This document shows positions 1-12,887 of a stretch of 64,000 nt of DNA, in pieces. The notes under the pieces are model-generated. The model was not told the origin of the DNA. It saw nothing but the letters and a program-made list of their open reading frames with translations, and did not search any database. The position numbers and the translations under genes are program-made. The number at the start of each line of letters is the position of its first letter. Positions within the stretch are counted from its first letter, which is position 1. This DNA comes from the human T2T-CHM13v2.0 reference genome, Homo sapiens, in assembly GCF_009914755.1 (NCBI RefSeq), contig NC_060947.1; one strand, given 5' to 3'.

Positions 1-2929
1 AGTGCACTGTGCATACTGAGGGTGCAATGCATATTTGTCATTTGGGATTATTTCCTTTACATGAACAGATTTTCCAAACGCCAAATTTAGAAGTACTGCA
101 ACACATTAATTCTGGTCAAGAGTAGGTCTGGTTAGTTCATTAAGAGTTTATTTTATCAGTAATGTGTTGTGCTTGTACCTGAAATTATAAATGCCTGCCA
201 GGTATCTGTTTATCCTACATACTTCCACAACTCAGAAATAATCAATACCTTGTTTTCTTGTGGATGCGAGAAAAGTTAGGATCACTGATGCTGGGTATAT
301 GCTGTCCACGTTAATTGGCATAGACCGTTAGGCTTCATAAACCATGGTACACCATGTATCACTCCTTCTTTGATCTTCAGCATAAAATTCAATGGGCTTG
401 AGATGCTCCACAGAGCTGGCCCACATTTAATGTCACAGACCCTTTATGACACACACTATGTCTATTTCAGGGGTCAGTTTTTGCAGAGTGATTTTCTGGA
501 AAAGTGCCATGCCCTTCCATGAGCCAAGAATTTCAGTGTCTCATAAATGGTGGACAGACAGGACCTTGGGGCCATCTCTCCAGCTAACAGAAGATACTAA
601 GTAAGGCCCAGGGGAAGTTTAAGAAACAAACTTCTTGTGTTTGTTCTATTGATTTTCTTGCCAACAAGAAGTGTAACAAATTGTGATGTTTCCAAATAAA
701 AAGCATCAGGAATAAGCTCCAATTTTATTGAGTGATTTCCTGGACACACATGCAGGTGCATTTTGGAAGAGGCTGGATATAGTCAGACACAGGTAACAAA
801 GCCAGGTCACTTAACAAAGCAGGAAAGATAAGGGCCACGGTTGCAAATCATTATTTATAATCAAACAAAATGGTAATTTTGCCAACACTCCCTTCTCAAA
901 TATAAGACCATCATCATGGTAATCAAACTATTACTCTGACACAGTTTACTTATCAGGAGAACAATCTGAGATTGATGACCTGAAAATGGAGGTTGTCTTT
1001 CAATTCATTTGAAATGCAAACCGAGTGGACAACCTATACCTACTGTGGCATATTTTTAAAGCAAAATCAGGCACCTACATTGACCTCCTATTTACATTTC
1101 TTTGAGAAGAAAAGAAAATCACATAAAAGCTATCAAGAAACACATTTCACAGCAGGCAAATTAATTGGTTTTACAGTATTTGAATGGAGGGTTTGTCAAA
1201 TAAAACATGCCATGACAGTTAATAGTGTCATTTAGAGCCAGAAAATTATTGGCTTATTTGTTATTGGATAAAAGGAAGGCAAACATTTTGTATTAGAAAG
1301 TTTTAATGTGTTTAAAATCCTCATTAGGGATTAATGGACATGCTTGCTTAGCATAGCGCCTCATTAATTTGAGGCTAAACAGTTACTTCTGTGTTTCAAT
1401 CTCAGTGTTGTTTCTTAACATTTTTTTTTTACTTCTCTTTAATTAGATCTTGCATTTGAGTTTGGTCTCTACACCATTGGAGATGTAGATTTAATTAATG
1501 AGATTTATAAATCTAATGAAAGTGAGTTATTCTTAGCTATCGTTTCATTTTAGTGAGCAGTTAAACCACATGTAAGTGGGCGCAGATCTAAGAGATTTCA
1601 GAAGTACAGAAAAAATGTGAACTTCCCTGAATATATTTAGCTGTGTCACTTGGCATTAATAGATAAAAGTGTTTTAATTAGAGTCATAAATAATAGGGGA
1701 GCTGGCGAGGATTCAGTTCCCATGCACATGGCTTGTTCTTTAGGATCATCACTGTCAAAGAAGAGCAATTGTAACTCTGTTTCTGTGGAATTTCAGTGTC
1801 ATCCACTGGCAATTAAGACAATCCTAAGTGCGGAGTATAGAGAGTCAATAAGGCGCCAAGTTCGTTAGAGGTTAGTACAAAAGTAGAGCCACTTTCTATC
1901 AAGTGTATTCTGTTGTCACTGTTTTATTGAGGGCATCTGTGGGTACGATTTATAAAGTCTATTCCATTTACATTGCTTTAAGAGGAATTTAGTTAAAGGA
2001 AAAACTGATATCTGAGTTTTTGGTTTTCAAAAAGACGTTTAAATCATTAGTTATTTATTTGTAAGAAGACCATTGTAGTTTCTTTAGGGCGAGGGATTGT
2101 GAATGTCAAGGTAAGTCCTTTTTTTTCTAAAAGATTTTCAAAAAATAAGAGCCAAAGGTACATATTTAAAAGCTTCTTTTTTAAACGGGGTTATGGAACT
2201 TAATTTAAGACCCCATAATATACCTGTGGCAATGCCTTCAGAAATTACCAGAAAAAACTGAACTCCCACTTTTTTTTTCCCATGAGGAAGTCCTTGTATC
2301 TTAGACACTGTAAATGATTTGAAGAACTTGTCAGTCCAAGACACATAAAAGATAATCGTATTTTAAAATACTACATGATAGCAATCACATATTAAATGTG
2401 TAAAATGCTTGCTTGAATACAAAATATTTCAATGATTAAAAATAGCTCTTCTTTAAACAATTCAGAAACTCCGTCTAATGTTCTAAAGGAATGATTTCTC
2501 TCAGGAGGATATGAGTTAATCGAGTTCTCTGTGCTCCCAAAGAGACAGAGTAGCATTCAGTTAGGCCCAGGGGAGATCCTCAAGCCTTGGGGCTTAAATT
2601 TGGCCCTGGGCTTAATTTCATCTGGCCTTCTGGATAATATTACAGGAGTCACTACGGTGGAGTCCTGGTCATTAGTCCTACTCCTGCGCTTTCTGCTTAT
2701 TGCAGTCAGAATGAAGCCTCTTCTAGATTAGAGCATTTGGAGAACTGTGAACTATGGTTAATTAATCAGTGTTGGAAAAAGCAGAAGCTAACAGTGAGGA
2801 GCAGTGTCACCTTCTTCCAAATCATCAGAGCTACTTGGCCTCCAACTCCCTTCTTTCTCCCCGCCTCCTTATCCCTTCTATTATACTTCCCTAGCAAGTC
2901 TATGATCCATGTTTCTGTTTTCGAAGACA

Positions 2930-3610
2930 ACTATTCCAACCTTTCTTTTCTCTTCCAATTTCCAGTAACCACACCCCACTCTCAGCTGATGATCTTGCCG
3001 CATACTTCATAGAGAAAAATAAGATACAATCAGACAAGTACCATGTCATCTTCTCATCTTTAATTTCTCCAACCCAGCTGCTTATGTACCTAGGCACTCT
3101 GCCTTCCCTCCTGTTACAATGGAAGAAGTGTACAGAAGTGTCCATGTTCCTATTTCAGGCCAACCTCTTCAGTTGTGTCTTGATCGACTCCCTCCTTATC
3201 AAGGACTTTGCTTTTACAATCATCCAGTTTCTCTTTTGCCACACTTTTTCCCTCTTCACTGAGTTCTACGCATCAAGTATATAAATATATCTTAATATCA
3301 TCCCTCTTATAAAAACAAAACCAAACAAAAACCTTGACTCCACATCACCACTTTATATTATTTCATTTCTCCACCTCCTTTCACAGTAGGAATTGTTTAT
3401 TCACTCTCTCCACCTCTGCCCCTTCCACTCTCTCCTCAATACACAATCAGGTTTACATCCCCACCATGCTGCTGAAACAGCTATGATCGAGGATACAAAT
3501 CACCTAGATATTGCTAAAGCCAATGGCCTATTCTGCAGCCTCATCCTTATTTAATGACCAGTTTTTCCTGGAAGCACTTTTTCTTCTAGGCTATTGTGAC
3601 CCCATGCTTG
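2930..3610 (+). mobile_element. L2 LINE fossil (ORF2 region)
   Basis: caatcaggtttacatccccaccatgctgctgaaacagct...gctaaagccaatggcc...cctcatcctta resembles the L2 reverse-transcriptase-region consensus. Confidence 0.75.
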
Positions 3611-5694
3611 CTTCCATACACACTTTAAGAATTCATTTTTGGCTTTGGAATACATGACATGTCATAGATAATATGCTATGCTATGCGGAGTGTGGCCTCC
3701 TGGCAAAAGGACTACTACATATAGCAAAATACATAAAATAGGAAAGAATAAAGCAGAGTGTTAATAAAATCGTAGAATCCAAAAGATGTGTGAAAGATCG
3801 CATAACCCGGTGACCAGCCCAAAGTGAAAGTGTTGTTATTCTGTGGCAACATAAGAAAAGTAAGATAATGATGTGTGTGTGTGTGTGCCAGTATGTTTGA
3901 TGTTAGCATAAATTTAACTGTTCTGTATTTTGAACAAACTGGCCTTTATTCTGAGATTATGCCTTATTAACCTTTTGGATGTTATAATGTTCTTTTACAA
4001 AATAATAGTGCCAATGGTGGATTTTGTTTTGTAATGCCCTTATTGATAAAAGAAAAAGTTAGTAATCTTATACATATCCCTCATTATTTTTGTACTGTTA
4101 TGTGAAATACAAAACACTGGGTACTCGGAATATATTCTCATGCCTTCACTGTATAGGCTGTTTAGGCTGCAGGCTGGCGAGTGAAGAAGTGAATTGTCCC
4201 AAATTACACAGCTAATTAGTGGTGGAGCTTGGACACATAACTACTGTTTCCTGTCAGGTTTTTTCGCTACTTTATAAGATTTGTTACCTGAAAGTGAGAT
4301 CACTGCTTTGTAATTGTTTACTTTCTCTATATTATGAGAGTGTGCTATGATCTTTGAAGAGGTCAAGAGCATACTACAACTTTAAAAACTCTAACATTTA
4401 CTCTTTAATTGACAGAATTCAAAGGTGAACTTGCCTCCTGATATATCTTTTTTATATATTTAGATAATGTATTAGTTCAATCTAGTTTGTACATCTCTAG
4501 TTTTGCAGTCTTCTCTTTTATTATGAGAGATTATTATGCACCTGCACACAAGACAGTCATTACCATTAATGGCAGTACACTAAGTAGGGATTAAGTGGAA
4601 TCTAGATTTTGATCCTAAATGGTCTTTGGTTGCAGTACTAGGACTTTGGGACAGAAGTGGGTATCCTGTAGGCCCTGAGGAGTTGGCTGCTTACCTAGGA
4701 ATTTCAAAAGGAAAGGACCAGGGCCAGAAGATCTGAGGATTGTAGGGCAGGCACCAAAAGAAGAAAGAAGGTCAGGAAGAGCATAGGCAAGAGAGGGCAA
4801 GCAAGTGGGGTCAGAGTCACGGAGGCTGGCAAAGAGAAGTAGGAGACAGCTTGAGTCTGATCCCAGAATGATGGAATCATAGCAAGAAGCCTAGAGACTC
4901 TAAGTTGGAGATCTGTCCCTGTGGAACCGGGCTGGAAGACCCTACTCAGCTGGGGTATGAGTCTGGGTAGCTGCAGCAACAGTAACCAGAATGGCCTCAC
5001 TGACTAGCCCAGGGGACTTGAGACAGGGCATCCTTGAGGGAATGTGAGCCAGGCAGCAAGGTGCTTCCAGATAGGTTCTTGATTTCTAACAGTAATATTT
5101 CTAGATGTTTACCTTGTTTTTGTCGAAGACTGTAATATACCCTCATTCCCCCCATCTCCTTTTATAGCTCACTTTTCTATCGAAACTAGTTATTAGACCA
5201 AATAAATGAACAGTGAGTTAATGGCTATTCAGAGCCCACTGAATTAAGTACTCTTCACTTGAAATTCCATCTGCCATTAGGTACTCTCAGCTGATGATGG
5301 GCCTTTCTGCATATGCATTCCACCGTTGCCCATACCTAATGTAATCACTGAAGAGATGTCCTCATAATGAAGCATGTCACCCACCCCTCCTCCACCCTTC
5401 TCATTCCCACTCTCCCTTATCTCTGTTGTCATATCCACTTAAGTCCCATCTCCAGCCTCCTTTTTCACCTTTAATGAGAGCCAGCAGATGGAAAAGCAGC
5501 CTGAGACTCTTTACACACTGGGACCCTGAATAGGATTCAGTAATTAGCAACATTCATAAGATGTCATGGGAGCCAGTTTACAAGGCAACCAAACTATCTC
5601 CTCAGTGGTTCCAAGGCTCAGAGTGCTGACACCCTTCTAAGGACTTTTGAGAGAACTTAGCATACAAAGTGCTGATGGAGACTTAACATGCACC

Positions 5695-5910
5695 CCCTAC
5701 TAGGCTAAGGTACTTTTATAAACCTCACTTCATTTCAACATCACAAAAATCCTAGAAGTGGATTTTTAAAACTTTTTCTTACATAGGTAGGGATACAGAG
5801 GCTCAAACAAGTTCGAGTGGCTTGCCCAAGGTCATAAAGCAAGTTGAACTTCAGAAATAGGATTGAAATCCAGTTCTATGGAGCCTCAAAGACCAGGCTC
5901 TTTCCACTGC
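5695..5910 (-). mobile_element. MIR SINE
   Basis: gaggctcaaacaagttcgagtggcttgcccaaggtcata...ggattgaaatccag is the reverse MIR core. Confidence 0.8.
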
Positions 5911-7419
5911 CCCTTGGAGCCCCCAGAAAACACAGTAAATTATCTCATTCATTTGCTCAAAGAAATAAAAGTTCATGGTTACCTTTTAGTTTTATGTTCA
6001 TGTATGATTCCAAACAAAGGGTCATTTCCTGTATTTGGCTTAAAAAGACATGTGTTAAATTATTTTGATCTTCATGCTCTACTTTTTGTTCTTTTTGTAC
6101 TTTTCTGGTGCATATTACCTTGTTTTACATGAAGTATTTTGACCAGGAGACTTACTTAAAAACTGGCCAGAAGCAGTATTTTAAAGTAAACACCAGCTCT
6201 TTGGATGCCCAGGATTTTTGCTGTATTGAAATGAAATTGGAAGATGAGCTGGTTAGCTGGACCATGTAACTGTTGTGAAATCGTTTTTGTTTTGATTAAA
6301 GTTATATTACCCGAGGACTTCTGTCTACAGCTTATGCAATATTAACTGTTCCCGTTTAATCATAGACTCATGAATACAAACTAGAATAGGGACGGTTAAG
6401 GTGAGGCAGGAAGCAAGGGACAGACAGATCCTAATGTGAACTGAGTTTGTAGTTTTCCAAATTCATTTTGGAAAACTGGGACTCCCTGGATAGAGACATA
6501 GGGGATTTCATAATGCATGCAAATAAGAACTTCAGAGGCTGCTGTCCTCTGTTTTTACAAATTACCAACGATGGGAATTACAAATTTTAAAAAGATTGAA
6601 AACTCATTTGGTAGTACAGTATCATAACCTGAGTTTTTATTTTATTAGTAATTCTGCATCAGGGGACTTCTGTGTACCATAAATCAATCATGGGGATAAA
6701 TGGGGAAGTTTGTTAATGAAAGTACAAACGGAATTAGTTTGGAAGCCGCCATCAGTGTCTGTTGTGGATATTGGTTAACTGGGCCCAGTTATTTAATTTG
6801 CAATTAAACTTTTGATTTTTAAGTTTTACTTTGAGAAAGTGTTTGTCAAGGTGGAATATGCCTAGACTAGTGGACTATGATTGCCAGCTTTGTGGGACCG
6901 CCCTCAGGATGATTTTATGGGAAAAAATGACCTGTCTTCTCTCACAATCCCTTGGTAATAATATACTCAGAGGCATGCATTGAGCTCCTCTGGATTAACC
7001 ATGTGTTGATCATTATTCTATTAATGTTTTACGTTAATCTCCATGTTTTCTATTAGTGATGGCTGCTGCTTATGTCTCTCAATGCCACTATCAGGGTGTT
7101 TTTGATATCTTGTATTACCCTAATCGCTAAGAAGTATGCTCCAAACTGATTAATTCCAGAATGATTAAAACATCCTATGCAATTCATTTATTGTTGCTGC
7201 AGTTAATTGAATATTTGATGATTTAAAGGTACCCTGATTATTTCATAAGATATGTATTTATCACCAGGCAGATAATTTGTGTGTGGTCTCTCTGTGGCTA
7301 CATGGGGTGGCAGCCTGCACTGTCAGATGCAGAGAGGGTAGGCACTTGTGAGGGTTCTCAGTAAACTCACCACCTGCCTGATGTGCACCTCCCTTCCCTG
7401 GCCCTCAGAGGACCACATC

Positions 7420-8027
7420 CGTGCCCAGCACAAGAGGGTCGTCTGGGGCCAGGAGTGAGAGCACAGCCTCCCCTGTGTGTCGTGCAGCTTGCTTTCTGCT
7501 CCAGGAGGAGGGGGCGGAGAGGGGGAATGAGAAAGGACGCTGCAGCTCTGAGTGGCTAACTTGCGCTTTGTGGACTATCTGAATACTCAAGAGTGGATTT
7601 AAAGAGAGGAGAAGGTGCCTCGGGAATTAAGCAGCAGCTTGGCAACTCAACGGGCAGCAGTTCTAATCCCAGTGCCACCACTAGCTCTCTTTCTCAGTCT
7701 CTGTCTTTCACACCTGTCCGAGTAACTCCTCCAGAATTACTGCGAAGACGTGTGGGTGTGTGTGAGAGAGAAAGAGAAAGAGAGTGCAAGAGAATAGCAT
7801 TTGGGGCCGAGCCCCAGCCTTAGCTCAGCTTTCTTCCAGTGTGCAGAGTGACCCTGGTGCATCTCCGCAGGGGGCTCAGTGACTGAAGTGGCCTCAGGTG
7901 GCCCCATCACTTCTCAGCCATGTCGAATCCTTGGCCTCTCACTCCCATATGGAGCGAGGACTACGGTGGGGACCTCAACGGCTGGGAGCTTCTGTCTGAC
8001 ATGGCAGTGTCGGTGAACCCGGTAGGT
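7420..8027 (+). promoter_or_regulatory. Candidate intronic promoter/enhancer with possible alternative first exon
   Basis: About 19 CpGs in about 610 bp (far above background). GC box GGGGCGGAG at 7511, TTTAAA at 7598, ATG-free leader, gccATG at 7920, donor CCG|gtaggt at 8021/8022. Confidence 0.45.
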
Positions 8028-8109
8028 ACCCTTTCCCTGGCACTTAAATCAGACCTCCTGTTTGGTCTTGTCTGTTTCCCCGTAAATGTTGTCTCCTCAA
8101 TTTGCGTGG

Positions 8110-8450
8110 AGTCTTGAAGGCAGAAATGATGCTGCCTCCAGTGTCTTTAAATCCTCCCTCTTGGCACCATCCTGAGCACAGTGTGAGCTCAATCAGGATT
8201 TGTTGTCTAAAGAAATAAATGGGAGAGCTGATGAATAGGCGGACAGGCGAATGAATGCGATCCTATTACCCTTGTCATGACTACCTTACAATGTATGTCC
8301 CAGTGGGTTTCTAATTGTTTGTTTTCCTATCCCATCTAGACATTTAACTCTGAGAGAAAGAACCTGAGACTCCGAGTGATTTGTATTACCAACTCTCCAT
8401 GCTTTGCACTGTGCTAGGCACGTAGGAAATATTTGCTGGTTAATTAAAAA
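8110..8450 (+). mobile_element. Two L2 3'-end fragments
   Basis: L2 tail motifs: cttgaaggcag...gctcaatcaggatttgttg and gcactgtgctaggcacgtaggaaatatttgctgg. Confidence 0.6.
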
Positions 8451-8899
8451 GCACTTGCAGGAAGGAAAAGCACTTGCGGTTCAAATGTGGTTGTCTTACG
8501 GAGAAAACAGCAGTGGGCCCGGGCTAGATGAATTTGCGGAACTAGTAACTTCATGAGAATGCTGGATTTTAGTGTTTTCTAAAGAAAAATATCTAATCAC
8601 TGAGTGTGAATGCATATTTATTTGACTGCTCTTGCCTTTAGAGTTCTCTGTCTGTCCTGAGTGCTGCCGACTCCAATAGTCAGTCATTATTAGATGTGCT
8701 GCAAAGCTCCAGAGTCCACAACTCTTTCTCTTCTGACAGTATTTCCTCCCATAAAGAAGTGGATATTTATATTTCAAAGAGTAGAGATGATATTTTCAGT
8801 TGGCAAGAGTGAGTCAAATCTTAGTTTGAAAAGACGAGAAGACAGGACTTAAGAAAAGTAAGGAGAACAACAGGACAAGGGGTAATAACTTAATTCATT

Positions 8900-9110
8900 G
8901 TATTGGGCTTTGCGGATTACAAAGCACATTCACATCACTTATTTCACAGGATGCTCACAGAAACCCTGTGAGATTTAAAAAGGATGGGTATTACTATTAT
9001 TCTTTCCTTTTCTTTTACATTTGGAAAAACTAGAACTCAGAAAGGTACAGTTATTAAGTCCTGTTCCCAAGTGGTAGGGCCAGGACTCCTTCCCAACCCT
9101 TTTGACTCAT
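8900..9110 (-). mobile_element. MIR SINE
   Basis: ctcacagaaaccctgtgag...ttttacatttggaaaaactagaactcagaaagg is reverse MIR. Confidence 0.65.
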
Positions 9111-9619
9111 CAGCAGGTGCTCTTGCTGTGTCTGCATATCAGTGATATATTTTCACTGTGATTTAAAAATTAACACTGATGTGTTTGCGTGGGAAAAGGC
9201 GAACAAAGACCTTTTCATGAGACTGGGCCATACATTTTTAGCCTAGGCTGCCCACTCTAATACAATACAACAATGATATTGAAGATTTAAGCCTTTCTTA
9301 TAATCCTTTGACCTTTGTATTTGGGGAATGTATTTGTTAGAAGTTCAAGAACTCTCTTGGAAAATACAGTTGCTGCAGCACTGAACAATGGAGTGGGATT
9401 GTATTTGCAGTTGAGAATTACCAGTTTAGTTGTATAATCATATAAACATGTTAGACCAGCATCTTCCAGTATATATTCTGCAAACATTCATTGTGTGGAA
9501 TAACAGTAGTTATTAATTGGAAAATAAAACAAGCAAACAAACAATCAAACAACTAAAACTAAAAACCCAAGACTGAAGCCAAGGAAGTTGGGAATGTACT
9601 TTATTAAAAATTTTAGACA

Positions 9620-9745
9620 GGTGTCTCACAGCTTTTTATTTGCATCATGGATCTCCAAAGGGGGATACAATATGGGTTGCAGCATTTCCCATACTTCTTT
9701 GAACACAGAACCTTCCATTTTGCATAACTAGTGTCCATGGGATGG
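9620..9745. mobile_element. hAT-Charlie-type DNA transposon fragment
   Basis: catggatctccaaagggggatacaatatgggttgcagcatttcccatacttctttgaacacagaacc is similar to the element at about 63010-63210. Confidence 0.5.
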
Positions 9746-9789
9746 TCACCTTTTTGTACTTCCCCAGAGCTTATAGTTGTGCATTAACT

Positions 9790-9942
9790 ATGTGATTCTT
9801 CATATTCACCTTCCTATTGAGCCTGTAAACTCCATGAGTGAGGAAACTGTGTCTCCTCTTGCTTCCCATTGTATCTCTGCCTAGCACCAAGTGGCACAGC
9901 CTTTGGCTCTCCAAAATTATTTGTTGAATGAATGAATGAATT
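9790..9942 (+). mobile_element. L2 3' end
   Basis: ctgtaaactccatgag...cctagcac...tggcacag...atttgttgaatgaatgaatgaa is the L2 (TGAA)n tail. Confidence 0.8.
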
Positions 9943-10075
9943 GTGCTACACCAAATCACCAGTGGTTCTCTATATGAAACCTGTATTTTAGATTCTTTAC
10001 AAGGTATGCCCAGCCAACTTAAGTCTTTTCTTCTACTGTTTCTTCTACCTAGTATTAGAGTATTATTGTTATCGG

Positions 10076-10206
10076 AAGGATGACTGTATAAATTTGTCAT
10101 CCAAACTGGAGGACATTTTTGAGAGGGAAAGGGAATACTATCAATAATTACACAGATAAGAAGTGTAACCTGGGGCTATACTGGGCCATCTAGAATTGAT
10201 AGCCCT
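10076..10206. mobile_element. MER81-like hAT-Blackjack MITE
   Basis: aggatgactgtataaatttgtcatccaaactggaggacatttttgagagggaaaggg...ataattac...agccct matches the MER81 layout. Confidence 0.7.
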
Positions 10207-11434
10207 TCATTATTGGTGACTGTCTCAGGCTGTCTCCCCTATTTGGGATTTTGGGCCTCTTGGAGCAGGGACTTTTCCATGTAGAAGGTCTTCAATAAAT
10301 ACTGGTTGTAATTAATGCATGTACAGAAGTGACCATAATGCTGTTTGAAGATTTGCTGTATTGTTTAACTTGTAGTTTTTACAGGTGAGGAAATCTAGTG
10401 CCATATTCTGTTCTTCATTTACCCAAGTATAGTTGAGTCCATACTTAAGTCTGTTGGGGAGTTAATAATCGTCCTTGCAAGAGGCCTGGGCAATGTCGAT
10501 GTAACGGCAGTGCTCTCTTAACAGGATTGGGCTTTCATCTTTCAAGGCAGTGAGTGAGAGACCCACTGTTCTTACCAGAGCAGGCAGGAAGCAGATGTGA
10601 TCGGATTGCAATCCTGGAGAGGGTGAAGGTGTGAAGGGGAGTTAGGAATGTTTGGGGGATGCCTAAAACCTGCACAGATAATGTAGTGATCAGCAGAGAT
10701 TTTTCTAGATGGTTGCCTGACTCTCAAGTTCCTGATCATGCACTGTCTTACAGCTGGTTGCTTATTTTGTTATCTCGCTTCTTGCTTTCACTGACTATAA
10801 AGCACCTGCAGGAAAGGGCTATGGGCCTGACATGGAGTAAACCCTCAGTACATTTCTGCTAGTGACTTGAATCTTGATTCATTAGGAAGGTGTCACACTG
10901 GGAAAAATGCATCATGGGATTCACTGAGTATACTTCTGAGACTTTTTCTAACTGCCAAGGCAAGCATGCAATTTACACAGGCCGTTATCCTTAGTGTTTT
11001 GTAGGTGCCTAGTTGGACTCCCAAGTTCAAAAAGAACTCAATTTAATCACAAAAGTGTTTCGTATAGGCCTTATATTTTTAATGAATAATATACAAAAGT
11101 ATGTCAGAGGGTCAAAGATGCCTTAAAGATCACGAGATCAAGCTCTCTTTGGATAGATGAGCAAAGAGAAGCCCCAGGGGATGGGGGATGGGTCAGTGCC
11201 TGAAAGCAAATCAGTGACAGAACAAGGAGTCACTTTATTTCTGCACCATGCACTGCGATCTTACCGCTTCATTAAAGTAAAACAAAATTAGTCATTTGCA
11301 GATATTCTTTTGTATTTAATAGGAAAAAAATGATAGCTAGATTTTCTTGCTTTACAGTTTGTCCTACAGAGTAAACTATTATACAAGAAGAAGAAGTAGA
11401 TTGTGCCTAATGTTTTCTGTTTATTTTGTTTCAG

Positions 11435-11479
11435 GTAAGCCTTCCCAGTGATCCAAGCTGTGTTGAAGAAATCTTGCGG
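11435..11479 (+). CDS. AFF2: AFF2 coding exon (probably exon 4), 45 nt, phase 0-0, VSLPSDPSCVEEILR
   Basis: Branch-like CCTAAT, then polypyrimidine tract and tttcag acceptor. Donor CGG|gtgagt. The translation is the conserved AF4-family S-C-V-x-E-I-L-(R/K) segment. Confidence 0.95.
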
Positions 11480-12139
11480 GTGAGTTTAAACCTTTATTTT
11501 TGTGCCTTTTAATAATGAAGCAATCTATCTGCTTAAGCTGTTTAAAGTAATTACTGTTCTGTTTCAAGGAGTTTCATGATGGGGAATCCTGACATTCTAC
11601 TTCAAGACCCTTCTGCTTATTCCAGTGGCCTCATTTCTTGCCTGTCTTCTTTCCATTTTGTAATCAAGCTAGTCTTCTAATATCACTAAGCTTCTGCCCT
11701 ATCCATTCCTACATCCTTCTCAGACAGAGACTTACCACCTTCTTTAGGAAACGTTCCCTGTTCAAGCACCATACCCTAAACCTTTGCCTTTTACCTTTCT
11801 GGGATCTCAGCTCAATCTCACTGCTGCCGCCCACTATGTGGAACATGGTTACCGAGATTGATTGTGGCCTATAATAAGGGGAAGAGATGTGGGAATGGGA
11901 GAGGAGGAGAAGATGAGAGACTTGAAAATGATGGCATGTTGTGGAAAGTGTTACTTATGGAAGTGAGTGTATGTGTGTGAATGCCTTGAGGGCAGAACAA
12001 AGTTGAAAGAATGGCTATAATCTCTTCTGAAGTAAACAATCAAACCAAAAGAAGAAACCAAAGTTAAGCAAGAAAAACATATCTGTCTGCTCTCTCTGGC
12101 CATTGGCATCATAAGGCAGTATGGAATCTCAAGAATAGG

Positions 12140-12310
12140 AGTCATGGTAATGAGCTCCTGAGCTCCTGTCCTGGCTCTACCATTTGTCACTTCTGTGACC
12201 TTGGACAGATGACTTTATCTCTCTGAATCTCCTTTCCTCGTCTGTAAAAGAGGACAATAATACCTGCCCTAACTCCCTTATAGGCTACCAAGTGGTATAT
12301 AAATGCTGGC
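12140..12310 (+). mobile_element. MIR SINE
   Basis: ctgtgaccttggacagatgactttatctctctgaatctcctttcctcgtctgtaaaa is the MIR core. Confidence 0.8.
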
Positions 12311-12690
12311 TATTGTGATAAATGATGACCAGTGTAGTCATGTAAAAACCATGAAGGCTTTCTATCTGGGAAAGAAAATAATCTATGTGCCAGTGAAAAT
12401 TTGGCACCCCCTTTCCTCAGTTACCAAAGTCACTCCAACTCCCTCCTGATCCCCCTCTCCCAGTAAGTGCCTTCTCAGCAGCCCAGTGTTTGAAGCAAGC
12501 CCTGAGCAAATGCAGCCAAAGGAATAGTCAAGAGCCAAAAGCTGTTTACCATTGAAATGGCTTGCCACCCGGAGTATACCTGATGTACACATTCGTGCAC
12601 CTGTTTCAGCCCAAGAACATTGTTCTTGACTATTAAAGAGATGAGCCAGTCATATCACTTTGATCAACGATGAGACTATATGGATTAGGG

Positions 12691-12887
12691 CAGGGGTTCC
12701 CAATCCCAAGTCAATGGACTGGTACCATGTGTTCCTCGTGAGAATGTAATGCCTTGATGATCTCAGGTGGAACAGTTTCATCCAAAACCAACTCCCCACC
12801 CCTACTCCCACTCCCTACCCCCTCATCTGCGGAAAAATTGTCTTCCATGAAACCAGTGCCTGGTGTTAAAAAGGTTGGGGACTGCTA
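12691..12887 (+). mobile_element. MER1B-like hAT-Charlie element with internal deletion
   Basis: TIRs caggggttcccaa / ttggggactgcta. Internal ggtggaacagtttcatcc and ggaaaaattgtcttccatgaaacc. 8-bp TSD gattaggg/gattagga. Confidence 0.85.
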
